Positions 44,135 to 53,769 of a stretch of DNA of 64,000 nt are shown here, piece by piece. Under the pieces are notes generated by a model. That model saw only the letters and a program-made list of their open reading frames with translations. It had not been told where the DNA came from and did no database searches. The position numbers were made by a program, and so were the translations under genes. Source of the stretch: a virus. Taxonomy: Duplodnaviria > Caudoviricetes. Every line of letters starts with the position of its first letter. Position 1 is the first letter of the stretch. The DNA is taken from the IMG/VR virus record IMGVR_UViG_3300049595_005065; one strand, written 5' to 3'.

Positions 44135-45628
44135 ATGAGTCTTTCCCAGCAGATCAAGGAACTCGTGTGCGCGGGCTTCAGCGGCATCTGGGTCGACACC
44201 CAGGAGTCGGACGACGCCGTGGCCACCGTCAAGAAGCTCTGCGAGGAGCGCGACTGGGGCTTCGAGGTCTGGGACCTCGACCGGCAGCTCTGCGTCCACA
44301 ACGCCACGCCCGCGCCCGGCCCCGTCCAGGCGCTCCGCTGGCTCGACACGCCGGACGCCCGCGCCAAGAGCACGCAGCTCCTGCTGCTCAAGAATTTCCA
44401 CAAGTACCTGCCCAACCCGGAGGTGATGCAGGTCCTCCAGAACCGCGTCATCACCGGCAAGGCGATCGGTCAGCACGTGATCGTGCTCAGCCCGGTGCTC
44501 CAGCTCCAGCCGGAGATCGAGAAGCTCTTCACGATCGTCCACCACGAGCTGCCGGACCGCGCGCAGCTCACGACGATTGCCAACGAGCTGTTCACCGGCG
44601 AGGGCAACACCTTCGAGAAGCCCGCCGAGGAGGTGATCAGCGCCGTGGTCGACGCCGCCAGCGGCATGACCCGCCTGGAGGCCGAGAACGCCTTCGCGCT
44701 CTCGCTCGTCCGCCACAACACGCTCAACCCGGACGTGATCTGGAACCTCAAGGCGCAGACCCTGGAGAAGGCGGGCACGCTCGCCCTCTACCGGGGCGAC
44801 GCCAGCTTCGACGGTTTGGGCGGCCTGGCCAACCTCAAGACCTTCTGCATGCGGGCCATGAAGCGCCAGGGCGCGCCGGATCCCGAGAAGCGTCCCCGCG
44901 GCGTGCTCCTGCTTTCGCCCCCGGGTTGCGGCAAGTCGCAGTTCGCCAAGGCGCTGGGCAACGAGGTCGGGCGGCCCACGGTCGTCCTCGACTTCGGCTC
45001 GCTCATGGGCAAGTTCGTCGGCGAGTCGGAGGGTAACATCCGCCGCGCGCTGGCTCTGGTCGACGCGATGGCCCCCTGCATCCTGTTCGCCGACGAGATC
45101 GAGAAGGGTCTCTCCGGCGTGGGCAGCTCGGGGCAGACCGACTCCGGCGTGACGGCCCGCCTGTTTGGCACGTTCCTCACGTGGCTCAACGACCACAAGT
45201 CGGACGTGTTTTTCATCGGCACCTGCAACGACGCCAGCAAGCTTCCGCCCGAGTTCACTCGCGCCGAGCGCTTCGACGGCTGCTTCTTCGTGGACCTGCC
45301 CAACGCCGAGGCCCGCAACTACATCTGGGGTCTGTACCTGGAAAAGTTCGGCCTCGACAAGACGCAGCCCCGGCCGGATGACAGCAACTGGACGGGCGCC
45401 GAGATCAAGTCGTGTTGCCGCCTGGCGGCGCTGCTGGACGTCTCGCTCATGGAGGCCGCCCAGAACGTGGTGCCAGTCGCGGTGACCAACGCCGAGTCGA
45501 TCGCCAACCTGCGCACCTGGGCCGACGGCCGCTGCCTGTCGGCCGACAACAAGGGCTACTTCAAGAAGGCCGCCGTGAAGGCGGCCGAGGCCGCCACCCG
45601 TCGCCGGGTTTCCCCCAGCGCCAACTGA
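44135..45628 (+). CDS. Ycf46-like AAA+ ATPase (degenerate D1, active D2)
   Basis: SPPGCGKS (Walker A), LFADEIEK (Walker B), TCND, RAERFD (Arg finger). Confidence 0.9.
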   Translation: MSLSQQIKELVCAGFSGIWVDTQESDDAVATVKKLCEERDWGFEVWDLDRQLCVHNATPAPGPVQALRWLDTPDARAKSTQLLLLKNFHKYLPNPEVMQVLQNRVITGKAIGQHVIVLSPVLQLQPEIEKLFTIVHHELPDRAQLTTIANELFTGEGNTFEKPAEEVISAVVDAASGMTRLEAENAFALSLVRHNTLNPDVIWNLKAQTLEKAGTLALYRGDASFDGLGGLANLKTFCMRAMKRQGAPDPEKRPRGVLLLSPPGCGKSQFAKALGNEVGRPTVVLDFGSLMGKFVGESEGNIRRALALVDAMAPCILFADEIEKGLSGVGSSGQTDSGVTARLFGTFLTWLNDHKSDVFFIGTCNDASKLPPEFTRAERFDGCFFVDLPNAEARNYIWGLYLEKFGLDKTQPRPDDSNWTGAEIKSCCRLAALLDVSLMEAAQNVVPVAVTNAESIANLRTWADGRCLSADNKGYFKKAAVKAAEAATRRRVSPSAN

Positions 45629-45652
45629 TAGATATCTATTGAGTTCCCACGG

Positions 45653-45672
45653 GCGTGACTGTGTAGTCGCGC
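45653..45672 (+). terminator. T-GTGT-A loop hairpin, copy 1
   Basis: GCGTGACT-GTGT-AGTCGCGC followed by TTT. Confidence 0.5.
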
Positions 45673-45691
45673 TTTCCCCTTGGAGAAATCC

Positions 45692-46651
45692 ATGAGCACA
45701 ACGCTTGAAGCCCCGCCGGAAGTACCGGCGGGCGAAGGCGCCCCGGTCGCCGAGGCTGCGCAGGAGATGCGCGCTTCAATGGGCGCCGTAGAGCTGAGCT
45801 TCACCTGGCTCGGCACCCAGCGCAAGCTGGCCGATAGCCAGACCCGCCAGGCCGCCGACACCTTCCACGCCGACGCCAAGAGCGTGCGGGCAAGCAAGGT
45901 CCTGATCGACGCCAAGCACCCGGCATACCGGGCTGCCACCGTGATTCGCAGCCAGGCCCGCGGTTTCCTCCGCGGCATCAGCCTGCCCTATCCCCAGGAA
46001 GGCATCCGCCTGATCAAGTACGACGACATCGCGCGCTTTGAGGCGCAGATGACGGAGTTCCGCGAGCGGCTCGACAACGCCGTCGCGACGCTCCAAGAGC
46101 ACTACGACGCGATCAAGGCCGACGCCCGCGAGCGGCTGGGCGACCTCTACAACGCGGCCGACTACCCGGCTAGCCTTGAGGGCGTCTTTAGCCTCACCTG
46201 GGACTATCCCAGCATCGAGCCGCCGGAGTACCTGCTCCACTACAACCCGAGCCTATACCGGCAGCAGCAGGCCCGCGTCCAGGAGCGCTTCGAGCAGGCC
46301 GTGGTCCTGGCCGAGAACGCCTTTGGCGAAAGGCTCCAGGAGCTGATCGAACACCTGCTCGAACGGCTGCGGGGCGTGGAGACGGGCGAGACCAAAAAGT
46401 TCTCCAACTCAACAGTGGAAAACTTCGCCGAGTTCGCCGCCGAGTTCCGCCGGATGAACATCCGCGGCAACACCCAGCTGGAGAACCTGATCAATCAGGC
46501 GCAGTCGATCGTGGCGGGCGTGGACTCCAAGGCCATCCGCGCCAACGGGGACCTCCGCCAGACGCTGTCGACCCAGATGGGCGAGGTGCGCGACGCGCTC
46601 GATACGATCCTGGCCAACCAGCCTCGGCGCCGCGTCATGCGGATGGACTGA
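45692..46651 (+). CDS. DUF3150-like coiled-coil protein of the Ycf46 module
   Basis: 319 aa; GIRLI...F..QM....L....DYP; directly follows the AAA gene. Confidence 0.55.
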   Translation: MSTTLEAPPEVPAGEGAPVAEAAQEMRASMGAVELSFTWLGTQRKLADSQTRQAADTFHADAKSVRASKVLIDAKHPAYRAATVIRSQARGFLRGISLPYPQEGIRLIKYDDIARFEAQMTEFRERLDNAVATLQEHYDAIKADARERLGDLYNAADYPASLEGVFSLTWDYPSIEPPEYLLHYNPSLYRQQQARVQERFEQAVVLAENAFGERLQELIEHLLERLRGVETGETKKFSNSTVENFAEFAAEFRRMNIRGNTQLENLINQAQSIVAGVDSKAIRANGDLRQTLSTQMGEVRDALDTILANQPRRRVMRMD

Positions 46652-47697
46652 TGGATTTGGCCGCCAAGATCCTCGACCCGATGGTGCCCGACCTTGCGAA
46701 TCCTCCCCAGGTTCGCAAGCGTCGGGCGCCCAAGCATGATTTCAAGGACGGCAAGGGGCGCGTATTTGCCCACCGCCACGACAACGGCGGCGGCTGGGTC
46801 GCCGACACGGCCTGGGTGGCTCCGACCGTAAAGGTCACCCGCAATGCCCAGGTTTTTGACTTTGCACGCGTCCATGACAACTGCGAGATTACCGGCCAGG
46901 GTCGCGTCTTTGGACGAGCGCGGCTGTTTGACGCCGTAACGCTCTCGCAGCGCGCGGCGGTGCATGGCTACGCCACGGTGCGTAACAGCGTCTTTATCAA
47001 AGACGACGGTCAAATCTTCGGCAGCGCGCACGTGTGTGGCGACACCCGTATGACGAACAACGTGAATATCTACGACCATGCCGTGGTCATCAACTCGAAC
47101 CTCTGCGGGCCGCTGCGAAAAGGATTGTGCAGCGTCATTCGCGGCGCCGCCCGGGTACTCAACTCGCGGCTGTGGAGCTGGAATCAGGTGTACGACGCGG
47201 CGATGTTGGAAAACGCCCAGATCCAGGACTGTTTGGTCTCGTATAGCGCCCGCATTATCAACTCCGCGGTATCAACCAACATCTCCTACTACCTCCGGGC
47301 GTACGTTGAAGGGCGCCTGGAAACGTTGCCAGACGGTCATTTGCCGTACACGCCCAGCGCGCTGGTCAACGTGAACGGCACGATCGTCAACTCTCACATC
47401 AGCACAACGCGATGGACTGTCAACGACCGCGCGCAGTTTGTGGGTTGCACGTTGGTGAGTTACAACTCCGGCAACGCAAGTGTCGATGTTACGTTGCTGA
47501 ACTCGCTGAACGCGTTTGATCGCGCCATGGTGGGCGTCACGGCACGGTCGGCGGAAGAGATCAACAACGCCGTAAACCGAATCATGAACCCGGCGGCGGC
47601 TGCGGCCGCGGTGCCGATCCCGGCAATTGCCGCCCGCGGAGAGGCCAATTTCGAAGCCGTGCGGCAGCGCCGCATCATGCGGATGGAGGAATCATGA
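46651..47697 (+). CDS. left-handed beta-helix (hexapeptide-repeat-like) protein
   Basis: Repeated A.V.G.A.V-type hexads (NAQVFD FARVHD QGRVFG RARLFD). Confidence 0.75.
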   Translation: MDLAAKILDPMVPDLANPPQVRKRRAPKHDFKDGKGRVFAHRHDNGGGWVADTAWVAPTVKVTRNAQVFDFARVHDNCEITGQGRVFGRARLFDAVTLSQRAAVHGYATVRNSVFIKDDGQIFGSAHVCGDTRMTNNVNIYDHAVVINSNLCGPLRKGLCSVIRGAARVLNSRLWSWNQVYDAAMLENAQIQDCLVSYSARIINSAVSTNISYYLRAYVEGRLETLPDGHLPYTPSALVNVNGTIVNSHISTTRWTVNDRAQFVGCTLVSYNSGNASVDVTLLNSLNAFDRAMVGVTARSAEEINNAVNRIMNPAAAAAAVPIPAIAARGEANFEAVRQRRIMRMEES

Positions 47698-47966
47698 ACC
47701 TATACATCCGACCGGACGGCACGCTGCAGGCGATCTACGGCGAGGACGTTGACCTGGGCGCGTTGGGCGCCGTGAACGTCCGCCGCGCGTCGCATGTCGA
47801 GCCCGCGGCCAACGGACCGGGCTGGACTGCCGACCTCACCCCGGTGGGCGGTCCAGTCCTGGGGCCGTTCCAGAAACGCAGCGAGGCCCTGGCGGCCGAG
47901 ATCGCGTGGCTGGACACACGCCTGGCCAACGGGCCGGTTGCGGTCAGCGGAGGCGCGAGTGAGTAG
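47694..47966 (+). CDS. conserved small protein associated with the Ycf46 module
   Basis: IRPDGT..IYGE..DL..LG....RASHVEP...WTADL.PVGGPVLGPF..RSEAL.AE..WL. Confidence 0.75.
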   Translation: MNLYIRPDGTLQAIYGEDVDLGALGAVNVRRASHVEPAANGPGWTADLTPVGGPVLGPFQKRSEALAAEIAWLDTRLANGPVAVSGGASE

Positions 47967-48300
47967 CTGCGTCCCGTGGAACTTCGCCGACAACGACGGC
48001 CTGAATCCGACGAGCGTGCCGGGCGATTTTGATTTCAACGTCTGGTACGAACTCGAATACCTACCGCCCGGCCAGGCCATCTACGACACACCCGGCTTTG
48101 AGATCGTCGGCGTCACCTGCCCCTACGTGCAATTCGACGGCGAACCGCGCCGCAGGCGCCCGTTTGCCGTGGAACACGAGCAGCTGTGCGACTGGTTTTC
48201 CAGCTATCTCGACAGCCATCCTGACGAGTATGAAGCTATTAAAAACCAGGCGTTTGAGTACAGTTTTGTCGAGCCAGACTGCGACGACCATGAAGACTAA
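47959..48300 (+). CDS. hypothetical protein
   Basis: GTG start with SD GGAGG; 113 aa. Confidence 0.6.
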   Translation: MSSCVPWNFADNDGLNPTSVPGDFDFNVWYELEYLPPGQAIYDTPGFEIVGVTCPYVQFDGEPRRRRPFAVEHEQLCDWFSSYLDSHPDEYEAIKNQAFEYSFVEPDCDDHED

Positions 48301-48305
48301 TAACT

Positions 48306-48358
48306 GTTAACGCGCCTGCAACCAGTAGACTAATAACGTACCTCTGGAGGGGGCGTTA
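48306..48358 (+). promoter_or_regulatory. putative phage promoter/leader (copy 2 of GTTAACGCGCCT-N12-CTAAT)
   Basis: Same 12-mer, same spacing and CGTAC as at 32814; the 5' arm can pair with the SD GGAGGGGCGTT. Confidence 0.5.
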
Positions 48359-49068
48359 TGTTAACACGCGTGCTACTGGCTGTGTGGTTGACGTTTGTTT
48401 GTCTCTCTGTTCCGGCCAACGAGCCGGAATTTGTGTTTTTGGAGCCGATGTGGGAGGAAGACGCGCAATTGCCGCGGAGCCTGCGCTGCATCGAGGCGCG
48501 GCTTGAGCGACAGCACGACTTGCGCGTCGAAGACCAAATCACCTGGGCACACGAAGGCACGCACTACATCGACGCGCGCCTCAGTCGCTCTCCGGTGAGG
48601 GCCTTCTATTGCCTCCGCGGCAGGGTTGCGCGATTTCGCAATCCTCGGATATCTATAACCCAAGTCGCGCTGGCCACGCCGCCTGCGCTGCGAGGAAGAA
48701 TCTACAACACGTATCTGACCAACTCGGACAAGTTGCGTGTGTGGGACGATGACCCGCTCTACATCGTTCACGAATGGAACGCCTACACCAACGGCTCTCA
48801 GGTCCGCAAAGAACTGGGCTGGGACCGGCGTGGTGAGACTTTGGCGTATATGGCGGAAATGGGGGTTTACGTCTCTGTCTTGATTTCCTTGACAGAAGTG
48901 AAAGACCCCACTTATGATCTCGGACCTCTCGTCACGTTCGTTCGATGGAACGCGCGGCGAGGAAAAGAGATCGCGGGCGACCAATGGAATGGTCTCCCCG
49001 CGTTCGTTGCGGCCGCTGAGCATACGTTTGCTCCGGCCTTGGATCTGATGTTTCTTGAAAAGGAGTAA
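48358..49068 (+). CDS. secreted putative zinc metallopeptidase (gluzincin-like)
   Basis: Signal-peptide-like N-terminus; AHEGTH (HExxH); downstream HEWNAY. Confidence 0.55.
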   Translation: MLTRVLLAVWLTFVCLSVPANEPEFVFLEPMWEEDAQLPRSLRCIEARLERQHDLRVEDQITWAHEGTHYIDARLSRSPVRAFYCLRGRVARFRNPRISITQVALATPPALRGRIYNTYLTNSDKLRVWDDDPLYIVHEWNAYTNGSQVRKELGWDRRGETLAYMAEMGVYVSVLISLTEVKDPTYDLGPLVTFVRWNARRGKEIAGDQWNGLPAFVAAAEHTFAPALDLMFLEKE

Positions 49069-49072
49069 TCCC

Positions 49073-49471
49073 ATGAAGTCCGTTTTCTTCACCCTCTGCG
49101 CGCTCGTCTGCGGTTCGGTCCTCGCCGGGGAGTACCCCAGCGTCGTCAACCACAATCAGGCCCCGGCTCCGGCCGTGGCTGCGCCTGCTCCCGCCCCGGC
49201 ACCCGCCGCTGCGCCGTGCGTCAACTGCCCGGCCAACGAAGTGCTCGTGGTTGAGAGCCAGCCCGCGCGACAGATCGTGATCGTCGATGGCGCGCCGCGG
49301 CGGTGCGTCAACGGCCGCTGCAGCTCGAGCTCCAGCAGCGTGTGCACTGGCCCGAACTGCCAGAAGTACGCGATCACCGAGAACAACACCGAGACGGTGC
49401 GCAAGCGCTGGGTCGGTGGCGGCTACGTGATCCGCAACAACGGCCGCACGGTCGTCAAGCCGGTTCGCTGA
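49073..49471 (+). CDS. small secreted Cys-containing protein
   Basis: Signal peptide, PA-rich linker, Cys pairs; SD AAGGAG. Confidence 0.7.
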   Translation: MKSVFFTLCALVCGSVLAGEYPSVVNHNQAPAPAVAAPAPAPAPAAAPCVNCPANEVLVVESQPARQIVIVDGAPRRCVNGRCSSSSSSVCTGPNCQKYAITENNTETVRKRWVGGGYVIRNNGRTVVKPVR

Positions 49472-49498
49472 TCCGGTCGATCTGACAATCTCCTTGCC

Positions 49499-49540
49499 AC
49501 GGAGGGCGCATGGGTGTGTACCTGTGCGCCCTCCGTCTTT
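49499..49540 (+). terminator. T-GTGT-A loop hairpin, copy 2 (intrinsic-terminator-like)
   Basis: 17-bp stem, 49499-49515 with 49520-49536, containing 2 G.U pairs and followed by CTTTT. Confidence 0.65.
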
Positions 49541-49564
49541 TCACCCCCAACTTCACGAGGCAAC

Positions 49565-49804
49565 ATGCCCACGTTTCGCATCAACGTGTCCGAACAGCAC
49601 CACAAGGAATTCGTCGTCAACTGCGATGACCGGCGAAAGGCCGAGGAGCTGGCCGCCAGCATCCTGACTGACGGAGAAATCATGTCGGCCCTGACGACAA
49701 AGCCGATTCTTCGCACGCACGACTCCAAGACGACAGACTGCCAGATCAGCGAAGAGCCGGAAGGCTACTACGACAACGCGGCTGAATCCGCGCTGAGCGG
49801 TTGA
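49565..49804 (+). CDS. hypothetical protein
   Basis: SD GAGG; 79 aa. Confidence 0.65.
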   Translation: MPTFRINVSEQHHKEFVVNCDDRRKAEELAASILTDGEIMSALTTKPILRTHDSKTTDCQISEEPEGYYDNAAESALSG

Positions 49805-49826
49805 TTCCCCCAAACCACAGGACCAC

Positions 49827-51374
49827 ATGTCACGACTGACCAAGCGCCAGAAGACGATCATCTCCGATGTCGTGAGCCGCTGGGCTCACACTATCAACGG
49901 CACCGAGCCCGAAACCGTCGAGCGGGTGCAGGCCATTCTGGATCCGGTTTATCTCAGAGAGAAAATCACCCGCCAGGTCAAAGTCAAGAAAAAGAGTAAG
50001 AACGACACGCGCTGGCGCGGCTGGCGAAACGTCACAAAGCGCCTGTCGGCACCCAAGATTCACGTCGTTCACTCGCCGATCGCCTTCCGGATTGCTGCGG
50101 GCGTGCTTCGCGGGCAACTTTCCAAGACCCGCGCCAAGGAGATCTGCCGGGCTTTCGGCATCACCGACACGTTCGTCAACGATTTGAAGCGCGACACACT
50201 GTTCCGCACCCGCCAGGACCCGCACTGGTACCGGAACTGCTCAGCGCTGACCCAAGCCTGGGACGAGACCATGCGCAACCCAATCCGTGGCGCCGTGGCG
50301 GCTCTGTTCGACGAAGACGAGGAGGGCGGCACCCAAAACGAAGCTCTAGCGCGCCGCGCAAGAGCCCGCCGAATCAGGCGGCTGGGCCGTGACGCAGATT
50401 CCCAGCAGGAAAAGTACCGCGGCGTTTTTGCCGAACTGTTTGGTGACCGCGTGCCAGCGTCGCACAACAAAGAGGCGCGTGACCTGGAAAACCACAATTT
50501 ATGGCAAGTGACGCGGCAAAGAGGCGGCAGTCGGTTGGGCGAAAGTACAGAAAACCTTTGGCTGGGTAACTTTTGGCAAAACGAAGACGGCAACAAGGCC
50601 TCGAGGGAACTGCTTGACATTCCGCACAGCAGTGGCGCCCGATCGGCGATGCACGTTCGCCTGGAGATCGCCGGATTAGACGACAGCTGGACAACAACCG
50701 CCATCGACGCCGAGGTCCTCTGCGCCGGGCTGCAGTTTGGCGCGCACGCTCAGACCTGGCGAAACGACCTGATGCACGCGGCGTCGGTCGTGATGACGTT
50801 CCACACGCAGGCTTTAGTGCTCCTGGGTCGCCCAACGCTTCACCGCAACCGCGACGGCGAGCTGCACAACGACGAAGGCCCGGCCGTGCTCTATGCCGAC
50901 GGCACCAAGCAGTACTACCTCGACGGCCACGCTCTGGGCGCACTCGGCGAAAAGATCGTCGAGAAGCCCGAGACCCTCACGCTTGCCGACATCAACAGCG
51001 AGCGCAACGAGGAGGTCAAGCGGCTGGCGATCGAGGCCTATGGTTGGTCGCGGTATCTCGAGGCGGTCGGAGCCGTGGTGCTCGACCGCCGCCAGAACGA
51101 CGTTGACAACACGGTCGAGGCGCTGGTCAGAATTGCGGAAAATGTTCCATCGTCGCGTTGGGACAGCTTTGATCGCCGCATGATTGAGGCTAACACCACG
51201 ATCTACAAGCACAAGCTGGTATTGGCTTGTCGCTCAACAGCTCGGCAGTATTTCCTGTCCGTGCCCGATTTCATTCAAACCTGCGCGGCGGGCCAGCAGT
51301 GGCTCCACGCAGGCGCTGCCACGGATGTCGTGGACGTGTTGAACCATCCCGTGCGCCTGATTGGCGCGTCCTGA
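49827..51374 (+). CDS. DUF6745-like domain protein
   Basis: C-terminal LHNDEGPAVLYADG...YLDG...I.SERNEEVKRLAIE.YGW.RYL. Confidence 0.65.
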   Translation: MSRLTKRQKTIISDVVSRWAHTINGTEPETVERVQAILDPVYLREKITRQVKVKKKSKNDTRWRGWRNVTKRLSAPKIHVVHSPIAFRIAAGVLRGQLSKTRAKEICRAFGITDTFVNDLKRDTLFRTRQDPHWYRNCSALTQAWDETMRNPIRGAVAALFDEDEEGGTQNEALARRARARRIRRLGRDADSQQEKYRGVFAELFGDRVPASHNKEARDLENHNLWQVTRQRGGSRLGESTENLWLGNFWQNEDGNKASRELLDIPHSSGARSAMHVRLEIAGLDDSWTTTAIDAEVLCAGLQFGAHAQTWRNDLMHAASVVMTFHTQALVLLGRPTLHRNRDGELHNDEGPAVLYADGTKQYYLDGHALGALGEKIVEKPETLTLADINSERNEEVKRLAIEAYGWSRYLEAVGAVVLDRRQNDVDNTVEALVRIAENVPSSRWDSFDRRMIEANTTIYKHKLVLACRSTARQYFLSVPDFIQTCAAGQQWLHAGAATDVVDVLNHPVRLIGAS

Positions 51375-51394
51375 ACACAAACCAAGGAACTACC

Positions 51395-51961
51395 ATGAGC
51401 ACTGCTACTCTCAAAAAGAGCCACGTTTCCCAGACCCTCAGCCAAATCGCCGAGGCGGTCGAGGCCGTCAAGAACGACGGCTTGCAGATCTTTAGCGAGG
51501 CCGCCAGCGTCGGCGACAGCCTCCGCCAGGGCGACGTCGTCCTGCAGTTCATCGGCAGCGACCCTGTCGAGATCCCGCCCCATATCTACCAAAAGCTTGA
51601 TACCCCGGTCCTTCAGCTTGCCCCCGGCAACACGAAGGGCAGCCGCCACATCCTCTCTAGCGCCGAAGGCGTCGAGATGTGGGAGCCGGTCCCCACGGAC
51701 GAGGCGTGCGCCAAGTACGTCTACGAGAAGCACGGCAAGAAGTTCCCCAGCGGTACCGCACGCTGGAATCTCGATTTCAGCGAGGAACGAGGAGCGCTCG
51801 AGACCGCCATGGCGATGGCCGGGCCGTTCTTCCGCCTCTCCCAGCCGACCGTGCTGACTCACCCCGAGCACGGTGACTGGCAGCTCCCCTGCGGCACTTA
51901 CCGCGTGATCTTCCAGCGGACGCTCGACGAGCAGGAGCGGATCCAGCGGGTCCTCGACTGA
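51395..51961 (+). CDS. DUF6745-partner protein
   Basis: RQGDV...LAPGNTKGSRHIL...LTHPEHG...LP.GTY.V..QR. Confidence 0.65.
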   Translation: MSTATLKKSHVSQTLSQIAEAVEAVKNDGLQIFSEAASVGDSLRQGDVVLQFIGSDPVEIPPHIYQKLDTPVLQLAPGNTKGSRHILSSAEGVEMWEPVPTDEACAKYVYEKHGKKFPSGTARWNLDFSEERGALETAMAMAGPFFRLSQPTVLTHPEHGDWQLPCGTYRVIFQRTLDEQERIQRVLD

Positions 51962-51972
51962 TAGATATCTTT

Positions 51973-52003
51973 GGGCGGGGTCCGTGTGTACGGGCCCCTG
52001 CTC
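51973..52003 (+). terminator. T-GTGT-A loop hairpin, copy 3
   Basis: GGGGTCCGT-GTGT-ACGGGCCCC. Confidence 0.5.
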
Positions 52004-52009
52004 ACCCCC

Positions 52010-52117
52010 ATGAACATCTCGTTCTCCATCGACCGCTGGGACGTTCTGGCATTTGTCGTGGGCAGCCTGCTCGCGACGCTATTTCACAATTGGTTCCACC
52101 GAAACTACGGGAGATAG
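52010..52117 (+). CDS. small membrane peptide (35 aa)
   Basis: Fills the gap between genes; one TM segment; no SD. Confidence 0.35.
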   Translation: MNISFSIDRWDVLAFVVGSLLATLFHNWFHRNYGR

Positions 52118-52119
52118 CA

Positions 52120-52641
52120 GTGGGAATCGACGTTTACTTGCAGTGGAAGGGACAGACCGAAGAGGAGACGCAGGCCCAGTACACCGGCTTCTCGATCGAC
52201 GCCGGACACACCGGTTATCTGCGGGAGGCCTATCACGGCGGCCCGTATGCGACGCACATTCTCGTGCGCGAGGCGTTTGAGAGCGAGAACCAGAAGGCGC
52301 AGATCCCCGCCGCCGTGATGCGCGAGCGGCTCACCAGCGTCACCGAGCCCGCCCGGGGCTGCGACGGCGGCAGCAAGGCTGCCGAATTGATCTACGAAAT
52401 GATGCGAGCTGCGCGGGGAGACGCCATCCAGTGCGACGGCGCTGCGCAGCCGTTCGCCACGCACCGCACCGACCCGCAGACGGTCGAGGAGTGCATCCGC
52501 ACGCGGTGCGCCCTGGTCTATCGCGATATGCCGCCCGAAGAGGTGGAAGAGTACGTCAAGAGTTTCCGGGACTTCGTCGCGTTGGCGGAGCAGAAGGAAG
52601 CCCAGACCGGCGAGCCCTGCACGGTCTACGCAAGCTACTAG
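52120..52641 (+). CDS. conserved phage hypothetical protein
   Basis: MGIDVYL...GYLREAYHG; GTG start with SD GGGAG. Confidence 0.7.
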   Translation: MGIDVYLQWKGQTEEETQAQYTGFSIDAGHTGYLREAYHGGPYATHILVREAFESENQKAQIPAAVMRERLTSVTEPARGCDGGSKAAELIYEMMRAARGDAIQCDGAAQPFATHRTDPQTVEECIRTRCALVYRDMPPEEVEEYVKSFRDFVALAEQKEAQTGEPCTVYASY

Positions 52642-52649
52642 GAGGCTTT

Positions 52650-52961
52650 ATGCCGCTGATGGATTTGCATGTCCAGGTCAAGAGCAACCTGGAACAGACC
52701 ACGTTCGATATTCATAATTTCAACCCGACGGTGCGCGCGTCTGACCGTTCGCCGGTCGGCCCGCGATACGACTACGTCGTGCTGTCCCAGGGCAAGTATG
52801 ACGCCCCGACCCATGTGCGGCTGTTCATCAACCGCGAGGAAGTGCTGGCGCTCTACGACCAGCTCACGCCAATCGTTGAGCAGTGGCGCGCCGACGCCCA
52901 GCCGGTTGTGGTGATCCCCTCTGCGGCAGCCGCTGACGCTCCGGAGGTGGCGCTGCTGTGA
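52650..52961 (+). CDS. hypothetical protein
   Basis: SD AGGAGG. Confidence 0.7.
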   Translation: MPLMDLHVQVKSNLEQTTFDIHNFNPTVRASDRSPVGPRYDYVVLSQGKYDAPTHVRLFINREEVLALYDQLTPIVEQWRADAQPVVVIPSAAAADAPEVALL

Positions 52962-53386
52962 GGGACTCAGGGGCAGATGATTTCTTCGCCAACTACCTCC
53001 GGCTAGCCGAGGAGCGAAAACAGGCGGCTGCGGCCCAGCTCAAGGCCGCCTGCGCTCCGCTGGCGTCGGTCGGAATCAAGCAGATCACCTGGTCGTACGA
53101 CGGCTCGGGCGACTCGGGCGACATGGAAGGGCGTTACATCACAAACGTCCACGGCCAGTGCTCGGAAAAAGACTACGCCGCCGCCATCAAGGGACTCGAC
53201 CAGGAACTTCAAAAACAGCTCACCCTGGAGGAGCTTGAAAAAGCCGTCTGGGAACTGCTCCCGGACGGCTTCGAGGTCAACGACGGCGGCTACGGTGAGG
53301 TGATTCTCGACACAGCCGCTCGGGCAATTAGCGTGCAGCACAACGCGCGCATTACGGAGACAGAGTATTCGGAAACGGAGTACTGA
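52958..53386 (+). CDS. DUF6878-like protein
   Basis: YDGSGDSG...FEVNDGGYGEV...HNAR. Confidence 0.7.
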   Translation: MRDSGADDFFANYLRLAEERKQAAAAQLKAACAPLASVGIKQITWSYDGSGDSGDMEGRYITNVHGQCSEKDYAAAIKGLDQELQKQLTLEELEKAVWELLPDGFEVNDGGYGEVILDTAARAISVQHNARITETEYSETEY

Positions 53387-53769
53387 TGGCGCACCCGTAC
53401 CATCACGCCGTCAGTTCTGCCCGGAAGTTCGGCGGCTTGCCCGAGGACTACATAAAGTTTCACGACTTTCTTGATGGTTCCAAGGCCCACGTCGCCGACT
53501 TCCGGCACCGCGCCCTCCGCCACCACACGGAGGGCATTTTCATGATGGAGCAGATATTTGGCTCCACGATGACCAATTCCGACGGCCGCGTCGTGCCGGT
53601 GCGCTACATCGGCGAGCAGCACGTCAAAGAAGACCTGGGACGCATTCCCACGGTTGCCGACTGGCTGCTTCACATCGAGCCCCAGCGCTGGATGCTTGGC
53701 CGCGGCAAAGACCTCGCCAAGGAGCTTGAGCTTGAAGAAGCCGAAAAGAACCCGAGTGTCGCTCAGTGA
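53386..53769 (+). CDS. DUF6915-like protein
   Basis: MAHPYHHAVSSARKFGG.PEDY...DFRHRALRHH..G...EQHVKEDLG.IP. Confidence 0.8.
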   Translation: MAHPYHHAVSSARKFGGLPEDYIKFHDFLDGSKAHVADFRHRALRHHTEGIFMMEQIFGSTMTNSDGRVVPVRYIGEQHVKEDLGRIPTVADWLLHIEPQRWMLGRGKDLAKELELEEAEKNPSVAQ

